Counted from the stretch's first letter, positions 22,921-37,379 are shown. The stretch is 64,000 nt of DNA from Microthyrium microscopicum (GCA_010405405.1 MU004233.1:1501122-1565121), one strand, 5' to 3'. Notes: generated from the sequence alone by a model not told the origin. Program-made: numbers and translations.

Positions 22921-25547
22921 GTTTGTCTATTTCCTGGCTCTTTAACTTTGTTCTATTTGTGGGGTTATATGTTTTTAGAGAATGGAGGAGGAATTTGGAC
23001 GTTGCTTGAGATATCAAAGATGGAAAGTGCGAGTGACTCTGAGACTCTGTGACGAGTAGTGTCACGTCATTGTTTTATATCCGAGATGGAAATGTGCCTA
23101 TTCGCAGCGAGTGAGATATTCAAATATGATGTATTGAGTATTAATTATACATGACTTGGGTGTGTACGGATCTAGTAGATCAGCCAAGTATAAAAATGAA
23201 TGAGCTTCTCCAGCGAAAATTGTGGTCGAATTCAGATACCGATGAGTGCCAGTGATCATAATTTTACGCAATCGACTAAAAGATTAGAGACACATTTTTC
23301 CCCATTAACCTTCAAGAAAAGTATCGTATCAATCAATCATTAAGATTTGACCATACTCTTCCGTGCAATGAAAATCAAACTTGAATATTCCTCAATGTTT
23401 TGCCAAAATAGGGGTATTTTGAGAGTAATTGTAGGCGAACCACTTCCAGGCAGAAAACCGCAGAACCCACGTTGCAGTTGCAGAATACACACACCACCAC
23501 AAAACCACAAAAAACACAAATACTGCATCCCAGACGCAGGGAAACCACTGCTATAAATTTTTTTACCCTGAAGCTAGCCTTGACGCTGCATATCCGCCAG
23601 TCTCCGCCCGTTGGCCCGCGAAAACGTTGCCGGCAGAACTGGCCACAACAACGGGATAGTGCCATTACACATTATTAGACATGTACCCCAAAATTCGCAT
23701 CTCGGCCAAAGACGGGAATTCACTGGAAACAAACCCAGAAACGTAGTTCCTTTTTGTATGGGGTGCAATTGAGCGGTGAGGAGTTGAAGTTGGGTGATGT
23801 CAACGAATGGACCTGGTTAATGGGACTTGCTTGGGAAGATAATAGCGCGCTTGGGAAGGTTTCAACGGCGACTATGGATTTTAGCTTTTGGGTGGTTAGC
23901 CCGTAAACGGGTTGTTTTTGCGCATCATTGGGGAGGCGAAATGGAAAGGTCTTTGGGGGGTTTGGGAGGGATGTTGGCCTCGGTTGTTGGCAACGTAGAG
24001 TATATGGCACGCGATCGAAGCAGGTTGTGAAAAATCCCAATGCTTCAGATGCGCTTTGTTGGAGAGTTATACCCGTCATGTGGGCTAAATCATGAGTAAT
24101 GATGTCGTCGTGAATGTTGAATAAGATCGGGCAAGTTGATGTTGATGAACGAAACGAGGCTCGCAAGTATGCTATTTCAGTTTGCCCATATCGGCGGCTT
24201 AGGATGATGCTGAAAAAAGACAAGTGAGGCAGCCGGACTGTTGGTGCAGGGCTGGAACTTTACAGGCGTGATCCAGGAACAATGACAGGAACCACCCAGT
24301 AAGGTGGAGTAAAAGAGGAGAAAATTGGTCAATAAGCTTGTAGGCGAGGCGGGGATTGCGTTGGATTTTCACTGGGATTGTTTGATGGGTATTGTCCGGC
24401 AAACGAGATGGAGAGTACTGTAAGAATTCATCAGCAACGGTTTCGGAATTGGATCGGGAATCGGGACAGTGAGATCAAGATGCAGCGACAAGGGCGAAGG
24501 AACAAGAGTGAATTGAGATATATATTTGCAGGAGTGCGATTGGTGTAGGGAGAGAAAAGACTGACGTGGCGGATCTGATGGCATCGTGGCTCAACTGTGC
24601 CAACTTGACGCTGGATTATGGGAGATGTTATTGGACAAGGAGAGAAGGACGGTGTGCGGTTTCACAGAACCATTGAAGTCAAGGTGTACTTTGTTTAACA
24701 CGACATTTGATGTAGGTTCAGGTTACTGTACTATTCCTGTTAGATTTGGCAGTACATTGATATGTATGTGTTGGCAGTATTAGGAGATTGAGATGTATAG
24801 AGACTCGTGACACTTTAACTGCAGGCGCGTCATTTTAATTTGAAGGATTAGAAGACGGCGAAGGAAGGCGAGGCGCAAGGCAGAAGCAAAGAAGGTGCAC
24901 ATGCAGTTGAAGGAAGGCGCAGATTCCAATCGTGGAAAGAGCATGGCACCGGCTGAGGCAGGCACAACCACCTACACTTGAGTCTTGAGCACAGCACACA
25001 CGTCAAGATCAGCAAGAGCAGCAAGTAGTTGAGAGCAGCAAGAGCAATCCGGCTTTCTGGGTCTTTCTTGCCTTGCCAACTATTCATGACTAAGCTCGCC
25101 CTACCCCGGTTCCGTCTGGTATGAGACCTACCCCTAGCCCGTTTCAGTTGCCACTAATCCTAATATTCTCTAACCCCAGCCACAGTACCAACATCGCCAA
25201 GCATACCATCATTAATTACAGCGCTGTACCCTTCATCGTCTCGGCTCTTGCTCCTGCACAACAACGCAGCATCGCATCTCCATTTCCTCTCTTCTTCTTC
25301 CACTCGCCCACAACACCACAATTCTAACCACTCCAACCAGTCCAACCACTGTCTCTAGTTTCACGCCTTTTACTGCACCTCGCCATATTATCTCTTCTGC
25401 CTTTTTCTAGTCCTGCATTATCCCATTCCCTCTACTTCTCCTTGCGTCTAGTTGCGCTGCTTGATGGCTAGGCCTCCACCAGATCCTCGATGACGACTGT
25501 CCAATACCACTATCAATACGCCTGTCTGTCCAATTTACCCTCTAAAA

Positions 25548-28500
25548 ATGTCCGACTCGTCTCCGTCACTAGCAAATGGCCATGCGCCTAACTCCAAAGA
25601 CCGTGAACAACCAGACATGCAATCTGCATCTGCTGCCATGGATGATCTCTCCACAAACCTATCCCACGCTTCGCCCAACATTTCTGCCAAACGCGACCTA
25701 AACTCTACTGCACCCCACAACTCTCGCGCCTCTGCAATCCCTAGAAACCAGTCCCAATCTGTCGGCCCGCCAAGTAGCATACACTCTCTCAACGTTTCCA
25801 GATCGCCCTCTCTTGCTGCCTCGCCCCGATCCTCCCGCGACTCTTCTCCTGCTGGTCCTCCCTTTCGTCATACCTCAAGTACTGGTGCCACCTCAACTGC
25901 CTCTAGAGGAATGAGGTCTAGGAAAAACAGTCATGATGTTAGCCCTCAGCGGCCCCCGTCTTCTTTCAATTCCACAGTTCCATCCGCTGCCGCCATACAA
26001 CGAGCCTTGTCGCAAACTGTCCCCCAACTTCAGCCATCAATCACATCCGATATCAACTCGAGGTTGCCAAGAGCGCAAAAGACAAACGGTATCTCGGAAG
26101 AAAGGGAGAGGCCATCGTGGCCTGTGTCTCCGCGCCTCAAATCGCCTCCTCCGGCAACAAGCTCGCGCCGAGGTTCGAAGAACTCTCCCCGTAAGGTTAC
26201 GGAAAATGGTTTGCCGGCACCAGACATTACCCTTCAACGAGCATCTCCTGATTTAGTACCAGTTGATGATGCGAGCGAGTCTTCAGATATGCCAACCCCA
26301 AAAGCTAGTAGCCGTGCCACTAGCAACAATGCGCCCGCTCTTGAGACTGTACAAGAGACTACTCCCCCAGTCACTACTGATACAGCTAGTATTCTAAGGT
26401 ATGATATGTTCATATTTCACTTATTCTCAAACGTCCGACTATACTCATCGGGCCTTTTATTGATTCTATTTTAGCTCTGAAGATAAGAAACCCGAATATT
26501 TCAGCTTTACATCAGACGAAGATCGGCCTTCTACAGCTCTTCATAGTCATGAAAACTCATTTACAGGGTCTAGTAAACACGATCCCATTCGAAGTAGTTC
26601 AAGAAGCAGAACTTCTGAAGAAACTGGTGATCTTGAGCTTACTCCAAAACCGAAACTGTCCAACAAGGACTCACTTAGTAAGCTTGATATGAAATCAGGA
26701 ACTGCGCCAGTCTCGAAAAACATGACGGTGGAGACTGAGACTATCAACTCTGGTCCTCAGGCCGCACTTGGTGCTCCAACCGATCGTTCTGGCTCTGGCC
26801 GAGTAGAGCCGGGTGGCACTCTCCGTGTCAAGGCAAGTAATGAAACCATCAGACCCAAGAAGGAACGGAAAAAGGCAACGAGGAAAGCACCCTCTGCCAA
26901 TGTCGCATCTTGTAGGTGTTCATCTATTTCTTCTACTAAATGTTTCTGCTTTAGTGATCCTCTTGCTGCCCAACCGGCACGCAATACTAGAATCATGACC
27001 TCTCCTTTGCCTCGCTCAAAGCAAGGCATCCAGCTTGTACCTTCAGGCCTGGATTCGGCATCGGCGAGTCAAACTTCGTCGACCAATGCCAGTCCAGTAC
27101 AATCGCGTTTTCTTCCACTGCGTGCGATTGAACGTATGTACAGCAGCACTAACCTTCGATCCCGTGAAGCATCAACTCGAGCAGACATATTTGAGGATCG
27201 AGTTAAGAATGCTATGGATGAGGCTACATCAGACGATTCTGATGAAACTTTCGTGTACGAGAGCAACCCTCCTGACCATGCACCCCGTCGAAGCCGTCAT
27301 CACTCACGAACCCCCAGTGGTGCGAGCCTCGCAAGTATGGCTGAACGCAGCGGCCTGCGTAGTATTGCCAATGTCTTTACCGATCAACAACGAACCGTCT
27401 CGAAAACCCGAAGCATGAAGTTTTCTAGCAACAACAGCAATTACGGAACTGCTGACGAGGAAACCGACAACCGAGATGGAACCATTCGAGCACGAGACCG
27501 CGCCCGTAGTAATGTCGCAAATCATGCCATCAGTGGACAGCGAACCGTCACCGGCCAATCCATCCCTATTGACGACGACAATAATATTGTTCCACTTTCA
27601 AAAACTAAATCACTCACGGCTGTTGGTGCACGTGGATCCTATGCAGCTCGACTCGCTGCTCAAAATCTTCGACACACTAGTACGATGAGGAAGAACGATG
27701 GGTACTCGTCGTTGGACATTGATGCCGAAGGGGCCGATGATGAAAGGACTCCATTGATGGGAACGGTTCGCACTCCTCGAAGCAACCGTACAGCACGACG
27801 ATATCGTTACATCGACAATCGACCGCCACCACAAGAGCATCGACGTAGTGTGCTTGCTCGACTGGCTGGAATCCTACTCATTCTGGTCACAGTTAGCCTG
27901 CTCGCATTTGGCGTTGTCTGCTTCCTCTTTGCCATGAGCAAACCTTTGATGGATGTACAGGTCCTCAGACTGGAGTCAATCATTGCCAGCGAACAAGAAA
28001 TCATGATGGATGTTGTCGTTCAGGCTGTCAACCCAAATCTGGTACCAATAACCGTCACGGATATGGATTTACATATTTTTGCGCTCAGCAAGTACGCTGG
28101 CTCTGAAAAATGGTGGAGAGAGCATGGGCAGCTTCCAGAACCGGATCCCAATCTTGACAAGAAGCGTAAGGATGCTTTAATTCAGAAGCGAGATGCCGTT
28201 CGACGACGCGAAAACATGGCGTTACCAGGAGACTTTGGCAACATCATCATCTCCGATCCTAAACCTCAAGACCCACCCTCTGGACAAACCATGCTTCTTG
28301 GAGCTGTCTTGAAACTGGACAACCCACTTGTCTTCGATGGCTCTTTCTGGAAACGTCAGCCACTTTATACTACTGGTTCAATACGGCTTTCGAAACCAGG
28401 AAACCACAGCGAAGCCGGCGGCACAGAAAGATGGGAACACGTTTTGAAACATGACTTTGAGCTCATAATTCGCGGTGTGCTCAAATACAACATACCGCTA

Positions 28501-28608
28501 GGAGGAAAGACTATCAGTGTTCCTATCAGCGGCAATAAATCAGTAGAGGGCAACGGCGGCGAGGAAGATGACGACGATGGGGATGAAGACGAATGGCATT
28601 TTCAGTGA
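25548..28608 (+). CDS. VAC7: Vacuolar segregation protein 7 (Fab1 regulator)
   Basis: Ser/Pro-rich N-terminus, intron 26399-26474, MTVETET, IFEDRVKNAMDEATSDDSDETFVYESNP, DDERTPL, a single TM, IASEQEIMMD..AVNPN, GGTERWE, FELIIRGVLKY. Confidence 0.88.
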
Positions 28609-29543
28609 ACGGCAGGTCGTCAAATCTTTCGCCGCTACCTTCACCAACCACAATTTTTCTTTTGTTTCAACGACTTAGACTTGTTTCCTCTTGCTCACGG
28701 CAAGCATGATGACAAAAATCAACCTTGTAAAACTTGCCATACAAGCAAAACACTTAACGACCTCTGGACAACGGCATTCACCACCTGCCCAGCACTTGCA
28801 AATTTTTCACGATATACCATGACCACCAAAAGATTACAAATACCCCCTGTTTGGCCCTCCAAAGCAATCAAGGAGCCGCGCCATGTGTTCAAGCATTGCA
28901 CCTGATCCTTTTTTCTGCCTGTTTGTATTACTGTTGGACAACTGTTTCGAGCATTTTGTAGGAGTGGCTTTTATTTGATACGTTGGTGAAGAGCATGGCA
29001 TCATCCGCTATTCTTAGCGATAAACGGACATTCATTTGCGTCTGTCTTTTCTTGGTGGCAGCGTTAAAGCAGGCAAGCGATTGTTCTTTTTATCATATAC
29101 ATATTACATTTGTAACGACTCTTTGCTCTTTTCCTTTGAACTATACATAGCCCAGTCCATTAATCTGTTGTCCTAGTGTCACTTGAGTGGTGCATACGCT
29201 CGAAACCGTCTCCTTGTGATTTACGATCTAACAACGAGCTGGTGAGTAGGGACGGCGAGACTTATTTGAGCAATTCCATCAAGAGGCTGGTGTTTTGGTG
29301 GTGAGCAATGGATTTTGGGATGGTGCCTTAACACGCAAAGTCAATGGACCGATTTATTCGGAAAATCAACTCTGAAAATCATTCGAGCAGTAATAGCTCA
29401 GTAGGAGATGTCGAATTGTAGAGAATAATAGGCAAAAAGCAAGGCCACCATATATACAATAGGCCAAAAGAATACCAAACCTATATCCCTCCCAGCAAAA
29501 CCCATCGCTTCCATGCAAAGCATACAAAATCCAATTCCTATCA

Positions 29544-30323
29544 TTAATCATCACCATTCTTCAAATCCACAAACCTCACCACAGCCGCCTCCCCCACCAT
29601 CCCATCCCTCTCACCCTTCTCCTCCCCATGTCCTTTACCGCTCAAAATCTCCCTCCCACCCGTAACACCAACCCGCCACCGCTCCTCCAGCAATGTCACC
29701 GGCCAGCCCACCCAAGCGCCAAGTATGCAAATAACCGTGACGAAATACTGCCAAAGAATTACGGGCAGCCAAATCGGGACCCAGAGAAATTTCAGCGTGT
29801 TGACGAGATCGTAAAGATCCGTCTGGCGCGAAATATAATAGCGTCGCCAATGCCGGTCCCATACAAGGTCTAGTTTGACGACTAATTCTACATCTGCTTT
29901 GTAGAAGGGGAGTGGGAAGATTCGGAATGTTTGTTTTATGTTTGCGTAGGCTGTTTTTGCTGTTCCTTGTTTTGCTAGTGCTTTTGTGTCTCTCGTATCC
30001 ACCCCATTGACCTGGCTCCCAATAGGACTCTGGTCTGTGGTAGAGAAAGTGTGGAGTGTGTTTGTTTGGCCATAGTCGACTGCGACGCTGACGACTACGA
30101 CATCAATGGTTGGTGATAGGATTTTATACCACCGGTAGACTTTCGAGATTGCCCAGCGGCTGTTGAGGCCGTTGCCGAGATCCCAGGAACCGGTGCGGAC
30201 GAAGGGGTGGGAGAAGGAGGCGCTGGGGAGGAAGTAGGTTTGTATGGCGGTGCTTTGGAGGTGCGGTGGTGTGCGGGTGAGGGTGTGGATTAGGAGGGGG
30301 ATTTGGGTTTCGGGGTCCTCCAT
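29544..30323 (-). CDS. Conserved fungal hypothetical protein (NTF2/SnoaL-like fold plus C-terminal TM)
   Basis: 259-aa ORF with MEDP..I..LIH.LT..PP..Q..AI..YF.P.ASF.HP, YRWYKILSP, YYISRQTDLY and a hydrophobic tail. Confidence 0.7.
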   Translation of the reverse strand: MEDPETQIPLLIHTLTRTPPHLQSTAIQTYFLPSASFSHPFVRTGSWDLGNGLNSRWAISKVYRWYKILSPTIDVVVVSVAVDYGQTNTLHTFSTTDQSPIGSQVNGVDTRDTKALAKQGTAKTAYANIKQTFRIFPLPFYKADVELVVKLDLVWDRHWRRYYISRQTDLYDLVNTLKFLWVPIWLPVILWQYFVTVICILGAWVGWPVTLLEERWRVGVTGGREILSGKGHGEEKGERDGMVGEAAVVRFVDLKNGDD

Positions 30324-31116
30324 TGTTGTTTAGTCGATTGGGGTTATCGGATGGTTGTGGATGTATGGTGGACGTGTTGTTGAGCTTGCTCTTTGATTTG
30401 GAGGAGTTGGTGAGTTGGCTGTGTCAGTGGGAGTTGGTAGGATTGGTTTGGTGGTAGAGATGTTGAGTTGGTATGGTGTAGAGAATCTGGTGATGCTGAA
30501 AGCGGATGGCAAGTCGTTGGATCGGATGCAGGCGAAAACGTGGGTGATGTCAGGGGTGTCTGTGCTTTGTCGCGTGGCTGGTCAGCGGAAAAGTCAATTC
30601 CAACTTCATCTCTTCGAATGATCATGACAATTCTTGCATTTAATTCAAATACTTTTGCGCAAAAGGATATAAAGACTGGAAAACTCCTTCATCTGGTTTT
30701 CGTTGTTGCAAGAAACTCAGAGATACAAGAATTGAGATCAATATGGCAGTACCTCTCTGTAAAGTTCGCAGTGATGCCAGAGACTCTATCATCACAACCT
30801 CACCGTTCTTGGGCAACACTGAACACTCATCCAGTCAAACAAGTGTCATATTTACTCATGACTCCATACGCCATGCATGTAACACCTTGTCCGTAATCTT
30901 CGTAAGCAAAAATTGGAGCCGTGGGCTGCCATTTCATTGCAGCACTTCAACGCAAGGTGTTGAGCACGACAAAAATAACAATTCAGATTCATATTGTGTT
31001 GATATTCCCTTATCTTTATAAATATGCTCCAATTATCATTCCCCAATTTCGTGGCACCAGCTTTCATTGTTTTTTCCTTACAAATCTTCGAGCCATAATT
31101 ACAACCTTTTTCAAAG

Positions 31117-33313
31117 ATGTGCCTACTTATTTGGGCTCGTTGTAACATCTGCCACCATACAATAAAACCTGATAAAGAAATCCAAGATCGTTTGCCTCAT
31201 GAACCTCTCAAGAGTTGTAGGCGCGGTACAGGATGTCCAGGACATATGTATCTTACCATCCCTCTGCATTTCAACCATCTTGATACAAATGAGACGAGTG
31301 AGTGCATTGTGAAGCTCTTAGGAAAAGATAGGGAAAACTATAGTGAACCTTTGGTCAATCCTTGTTTTGACATAAAGTATGGTCATAGAGACCCAATTGA
31401 GTGGTCTTCGCTGGCAATGAATCAGCGGGTTACAAAACAGCCTGGAAATGGCAACAATGCTGGTGAGTAAATTGCACCTTCCTGCTCCTCCAATATTTGG
31501 GGTCACCGCGCTCACTTCTCCGTTAGTCTCCGACAATGATGCCAGTTCAGGTCAAGCTCGGAGTGAAGGTATTATGACACCGGATAGCACTAGACCCAAT
31601 ACTCTCGAAGGGGCCTCTGAAATCTCTCGTGGGGAAGGAACTCCTTCCTCTGAAGCAAATCCACCCCAGGAAGGCCAATTAGGAGCCAGCACCACTGACC
31701 TCACGACAGAAACTGCTGTCGTTCCTGCCAATTCGAGCTATACCGCACAAGAAAATTTCCACAACTCGCGCGCTAACGTTTTACCTCATGATGCTTCACC
31801 CCGCAAAATAACTATAAAGCCTGATGAGCCTCCGTCCCAAACATCTCTTCCTCATCCTTCTGCTCGCACCATCACCGCGACCACAGCTTTCTTGCCGCCA
31901 TCAAAATTTGCGCAGACTTCATCAGCCTTCGAACAACTTCAAGATCTTAGAGATCATAACCAGTCGTCCGAAGTTATAGTCTTTCAAGAACAACGTCGCC
32001 CCAACAGATTCTTCCAGCCCGCACCTCCGCGAAGAAGAATCGTCAGAATGGACTCCACCGGCCAAAACTCGAATGCGCAGGCAAACCCAGCTGCCGCTAC
32101 TACTACCGGCAACACTCGATCTCCTGCGCCCGTTCACTCTTCGCGCGTAGCCATCCCGCGTGCTCGTGAGGCATCGCGGGCTGCTACACCAAATGCGCCC
32201 ACAACCACCGTCCGACTTCCAACAGGAGCTGCCACTACTGTCGCTCCTGCCCAGCCAGCACTTCCCCCAACAACGCTACCAATAAATGGCTCTGTTCCCG
32301 GTCGCCCAACATTCGCTGGGCACAATCATTACCCAATTGGTACTGCTTCCGGCCAGGCATGGCAAGCCCAACGCCTGCGTGAGCAGCAACTACAGGCAAT
32401 GGCGCAGTATCACGCGCAGCGGGCAGGCAATATGGCTCCTCGCGGAGGATTCCCTCCTGGTGGCCTTGGCCACTTTCAACATACTGGCCTCGCTACTCAG
32501 GGCAGCCAGTATCCAACGAGTGCGCAGGTATATGGAGGCGTGCCTGCCCATCAAGGTCAAACTGGTCACCGATATCAAGCGCAACAACCTGCAGTTCCCT
32601 CTTACGCTTACGGCGCGCCTTCTCAAAACCAGCATATATATCATGGCCAGCAAAGTCAATCCGGAGCTTGGGCTCCTTCTACTGAAGGTCAGCAGTACCT
32701 TCCATCGACTGTAATTCCGCGGGACCACTTTCGCAGTCCTGCTCCCCCTCAACCGCAGCCCACTCGGCAGTCTGGAGCAGCTGGACCTTCCCGCCAGCCT
32801 CAAACCCAGCAGCCACATCGTGACCCACCGCGGGAAGAGGCTCCTGGCTGGGTAGACCCAGCTGTCATCCAGGAGCGGCAGCGACGGGCCGCGGAGGAGC
32901 CTGCTGTTCGAGCCGCCCCTCCCACTTCTCCGGACTGGACGCGCGACTTTGCGCCGCAACCAGTCCCGCCCACCATCACCCCTGCCGAGAGGGCAAGCCG
33001 CGTTCGGGAAGTCAATCGGATGAACGCCGGATTGGGGATCACACCCTTGGCCTTTGCAGACCCGTGGGTTCCGGGCGCAGTTGGGGCTGCTGCGGCCAAA
33101 GACGAATTAGAGCTCCTGAAACGAAACGCGCCTCCCCGTCGACTTCGTCCTTGGGACAGAAACGAGTACCTCCGCACGAAGGAAGCAGAGGAAGCGGAGA
33201 CGGCTTTGCCAGGTTTGGGACCAGCGCTGCCGCCGCTGCCACCCAAAAAGGATAATGAAGAGGGCCAGAAAAAGGACGGTGATGAGGAGGACAAGAAGGA
33301 TGGCGAGATGTGA
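31117..33313 (+). CDS. Hypothetical protein: N-terminal Cys/His cluster plus long P/Q/A/G low-complexity region
   Basis: Exon 1 31117-31462 (MCLLIWARCNICHH..C..C.GH) joins in frame through intron 31463-31526 (GTGAGT..CTCAC..TAG) to the 31448-33313 ORF. Confidence 0.65.
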
Positions 33314-33909
33314 AGATTGATAGTAAAAGGTTGGCGCAAGCGCAAAATGAAGGGTGTGTGGCGTGCTTGGTTAGCGTTTTTGTTTGATACCCTTTGATAG
33401 TTTTCAATACCCAGCTCTGAAGGCATGAGTCCATGTTGTACGTTTAGAATAGAGTATCGTTTATAAGTTCATCAATGCAACAACACCATCACTGCACATT
33501 CATTTCTCAGCTTCCTTGTGACATATATTGCTTTGCTTGAGGAGCCAACGGCATACTATATAAAAGGTGTGACTCCATCACTGTTAGTGATGGATCCCGC
33601 CATATATTTTGATTGAGAGGTACTGTACTTGCCATTGCGGTGGAGACGACGACATCAGAAATTTTGAGCGTTTTGTATGGCAGCTGAAACACCCGATAAG
33701 CAAGCGTGATGGATAGAATACATTGTTGTAAATGGGGGAGCGCCCTCTATCTTGCCATATATTTGGGGGCCTGACGTGCTTGTACAGGGTAACGCAGAGC
33801 TCATCTTACGGTTGAGAGTCATATTATTCTTTGAGTACTAGCTACGGTCCAGACTAGTTCAACTTGCAGTCCAACCATTCGCTCCACCAACAAGCCTTAC
33901 AGTCTACCA

Positions 33910-35270
33910 TCAGTTATGCAGACCGCAATTTTCTGTATGCTCAAGTACACATTTCAGACATACCCCTTCGATATTATTTTCAACACTGCGAAGCCGCTCC
34001 AGCCACTCATTCTTCCAGTCCTTGCTGCAAGCCCAACAGGGTCCTTCTTTGTCATTCGATATGAGAATATTATTCCAGGGTAGTCTTCGTAGCATACCAA
34101 GATCGACACCTACAGGTATGTAGCCTTTGGATCCATAGACGGTTTGAAAGCCTACGGGCCGAATCGCGTCTTTGAATCTGACAACGCAGCTCAGATCATG
34201 CTGGCCGAACTGGTATAGGCCTTCCGGACCCATCTTTCCATGCCAATCTATAGCAGGGCTGTATGGAATGCGATCAGGGACAAGATTGCGCTGAAAGTCG
34301 CCGATGATGTACTGTATCCGCATTCGCGTGTCGGTGTTTGACGCCTTGATGTGAACTAGAAGAATGTAAGCTTGAGTTCATTATCGGTGAGACTCCCTTA
34401 CACATCACTGTGTCAAGTTGAGAGCTAATGGCTTGCGGAGCCTGATCGCGAAACAATTCGCGACCATGTGTGAGCGAGTCGGCATGATCATGTAGCATGA
34501 TTGACTTAGTCACGCGACGGAATAAGCCTTGGCTCCTAGTAAGCATAGAACAGGCACAAGCTACAAACATGGTGTAACTGAGATGCAATTGGTCCTGAAG
34601 TTTCCAGGTGGGACCACCAGTTTTGACCAATGTGACCTGCTCAAGAAGATGAGCAAGGCTCGCATTCCAGGAGTCCAAGAAGTCTTTGCAAGCGTTGAAA
34701 ACGTCGTATTTTTCGCAAGATATGAGGAGGCGCAACATCTTTTCCGCTTGTTCACGGACTGTGGAGGTTCTAGTTAGCTTGGTCTAATACATCATTTGGG
34801 TGGAGATGACTACCTGCTAGTAGGACATTTTCATGCCGAACCCACGCGTAGAATTGTGCCTCCGGAACCACGGCCCAATGATATAAAACTTCACACATCA
34901 AGACCATTGACTGGAAGTCGTCGTCAGGAAGAGCAAGGTCGAAAGGTTCCCTGTTTGTGGATCTAATCTGGTCAGTGACAATATGCCCAACGTACTAGTT
35001 TGGAGATATCATACGCTTTGGCAATTCCGACACTCTCTTTCCAAGAACCTTTGAGAATAGAACGGAAGAACGGGGAATATCTGGCGAGAAAAGCGGACGA
35101 AACGACGATTTGTCCTTTCTCTTCGGGCTTTGTTCCAACCACGAGACGTAAATCGCCCTCATCGTCAAGAATGACATCTTTGACAGCTTCGTCCTCACCA
35201 GCCTGCGTTCTGGTGTCTGTTAGCACAGGAATCAATTTTGTGTGTCCAAGTTCACTTACTGGTCGGCCAT
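33910..35270 (-). CDS. BTB/POZ domain protein (paralogue 1)
   Basis: Micro-exon MAD. LDDEGDLRLVVG..IVVSSAFLARYSPFFRSILKGSWKES, LPDDD..MCEVLYH, CEKYD, C-terminal CxxC..GVCLKC..C..H. Confidence 0.8.
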
Positions 35271-35773
35271 TTTGCGCTACGGCCTGAAGAGTGCAGCGGG
35301 TAGCAGAATGGTGAATGGTAGAAACCGCAGATAATGGAAGCGTAGGAGAACAAGAAATCCTTGGGGCAGATGAGGTGATTTTTATTTGCTTGGCTCAGGT
35401 GTTGTGGGTGTAGTTTAATTGTGTTAGCTTCTCGGGAAGGTGCAGGTTACCGGCTCTCTCAACGGATTTCAGATGGCAAGAGCAATCGCGCCGGTTTTCA
35501 AAAAGCAGGCGCTTCACAACTCAGAGCGAACAGTGACTATTACACCTTGGGATGACTCTAACATGCGGCGAGAGTGAAAGCGCGAGCAAGGAGCTCGCTT
35601 TCGGTCAATTTTGCGATATATATTTGGGCAACTTAGTCAACAATACCTCACTGCTATTATATTGCGAAACCATCCTTTTGAGCAACTCGTCTTCATCAAA
35701 TTCTTGCGCAAAGCAATTCGGTCTATTCGAGTTTTCTTTATCTTCTCCTATAAGTTCCAGTCTCGCGACAACA

Positions 35774-37379
35774 ATGAACAGCATGTGAGTACTTGCACAG
35801 TTTGGCAAATAACTTTGTACCTTGAGCTAATCCAAGGCTTAACAGAGATTCTTACGAAGATGGCGAGGAAGTAACTCTTGATCTTGATTATGAAGACTTC
35901 GGGTTTCGCGAGGATAGCGATGCTTATAAAATATATCAAGCCAATTCCCATGGCGAAAAGCGTCGCTTAGTCCTTATCCCTGGTGGCACGAGCATCGTTG
36001 ACGACGAGGGCGATGTAGTGCTTCTTGTTGGAAAACACAAACAACGCGTTTTGGTCTCCGCTGCCTTGCTGGCCAAGCACTCAAAGCCTTTTCGAAGCAT
36101 GCTTCGTGGGCCATGGAAGGAAGCAACACAAGCCGCGTAAGATAATTATCCAATCGTTAAAAGTATACCCGGGATTAGCTAACAAATTTATAGATCTGCA
36201 GAAAATGGACCAACTCAAACAATCGAGCTTCCTTGTGATGATCTTGAGCCGATGCTTTTATTATTCAAGATTATCCACCACAAAGCCGAGATTCCATACA
36301 ATGGTTCTCTCGCCTTTGACAAATATCCAGGCCATATTTTCTACGCGCAAGAAGAAGACTACTCCGGTATGTACTCCGGTAAGTATGCAGAAACCCACTA
36401 CAACATGAAAGAGTTGCTATTCATCGGTGTAGAAGGAGCTCGATGCAAGGTACTTCTGTCATTGCTTACTGTATGCGACAAGTATTTCGCAACTGAGGTT
36501 TGCAAAAGCTTCATTGATATGTGCGTCACGAACTGCATACAGTACACTGAAGAACTTTGCGAGGACTTGTGGAAGCCGTCAACCCACGCTTCCCAAATCC
36601 CAGTTCAGAAGAAAATTGATGTGGATGGGATGATGGCTGGACGACGCACTCCTAAAAGTCATTACTGGACAGAACTGGATAGTAAAGGCATCGCACGGGT
36701 GATACTTAGCATGCTTTTATGCTGTCTCCACACCAACAATCACAAACTCTTCTGGCGGGTTGGTAAGTGCCTCATACTCTTCCAATATCCGATCCAAGAG
36801 GCATGTGCAGAGCTTCGGAAAGATCACCCAAATCTCGAAAACAAACTAAATGCCATTATTTGTAAGTGATACCTGGGATCTCACGTCATTTTATTTAGAT
36901 GCTAATCATTGAGTACAGGTCAATTCAAACATCGAATGCTACTGGAGAGCAATCGAGTGACGGATCTTCTAGACGAGTTCCAAGCCTACCTTGACCACGG
37001 TAGCCTGCCTGAGGGCCCTTTTCTTGAACTTCATGGAGTCTATCCTCATGATCAACCCGATACTTACATACTGGGTAAGCACGACTTAAAATTTAGTGAT
37101 AGGTTCCGGTCAGTGCTGCGAGGCCTAAACCGCGATTCAAGATATGCGGTGCAAGTTCCATTGGGTGGACTTATCAATCAGCTCGAGACTAAGGTTGATT
37201 TGGATAGCTTAGCTTGGGATACAACTTCTGACCCTCGTTGTGCGGTCTGTCAGGGAGGCTGGAAAGAACATTGGAAGACACTGTGCCGAAAATTGAGAGA
37301 CGAGGCGAGAGGACTTTGCTCAACATGCACACGTCTACGCTTGAATCATTGCGATCTTCATGGAGGATACTACCACTAG
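35774..37379 (+). CDS. BTB/POZ domain protein (paralogue 2)
   Basis: Micro-exon ATGAACAGCAT|gtgagt. VDDEGDVVLLVG..VLVSAALLAKHSKPFRSMLRGPWKEA, IELPCDD..LFKIIHHK, CDKYF, C-terminal CAVC..GLCSTC..C..H. Confidence 0.8.

Noticed and set aside
23340..25345. Several short ORFs (e.g. 23720-24223) and an intron-like signal near 24420-24565
   Set aside because: I could not assemble a coherent spliced reading frame or recognise a domain. Treated as the long divergent intergenic region between the SDR and VAC7 genes.
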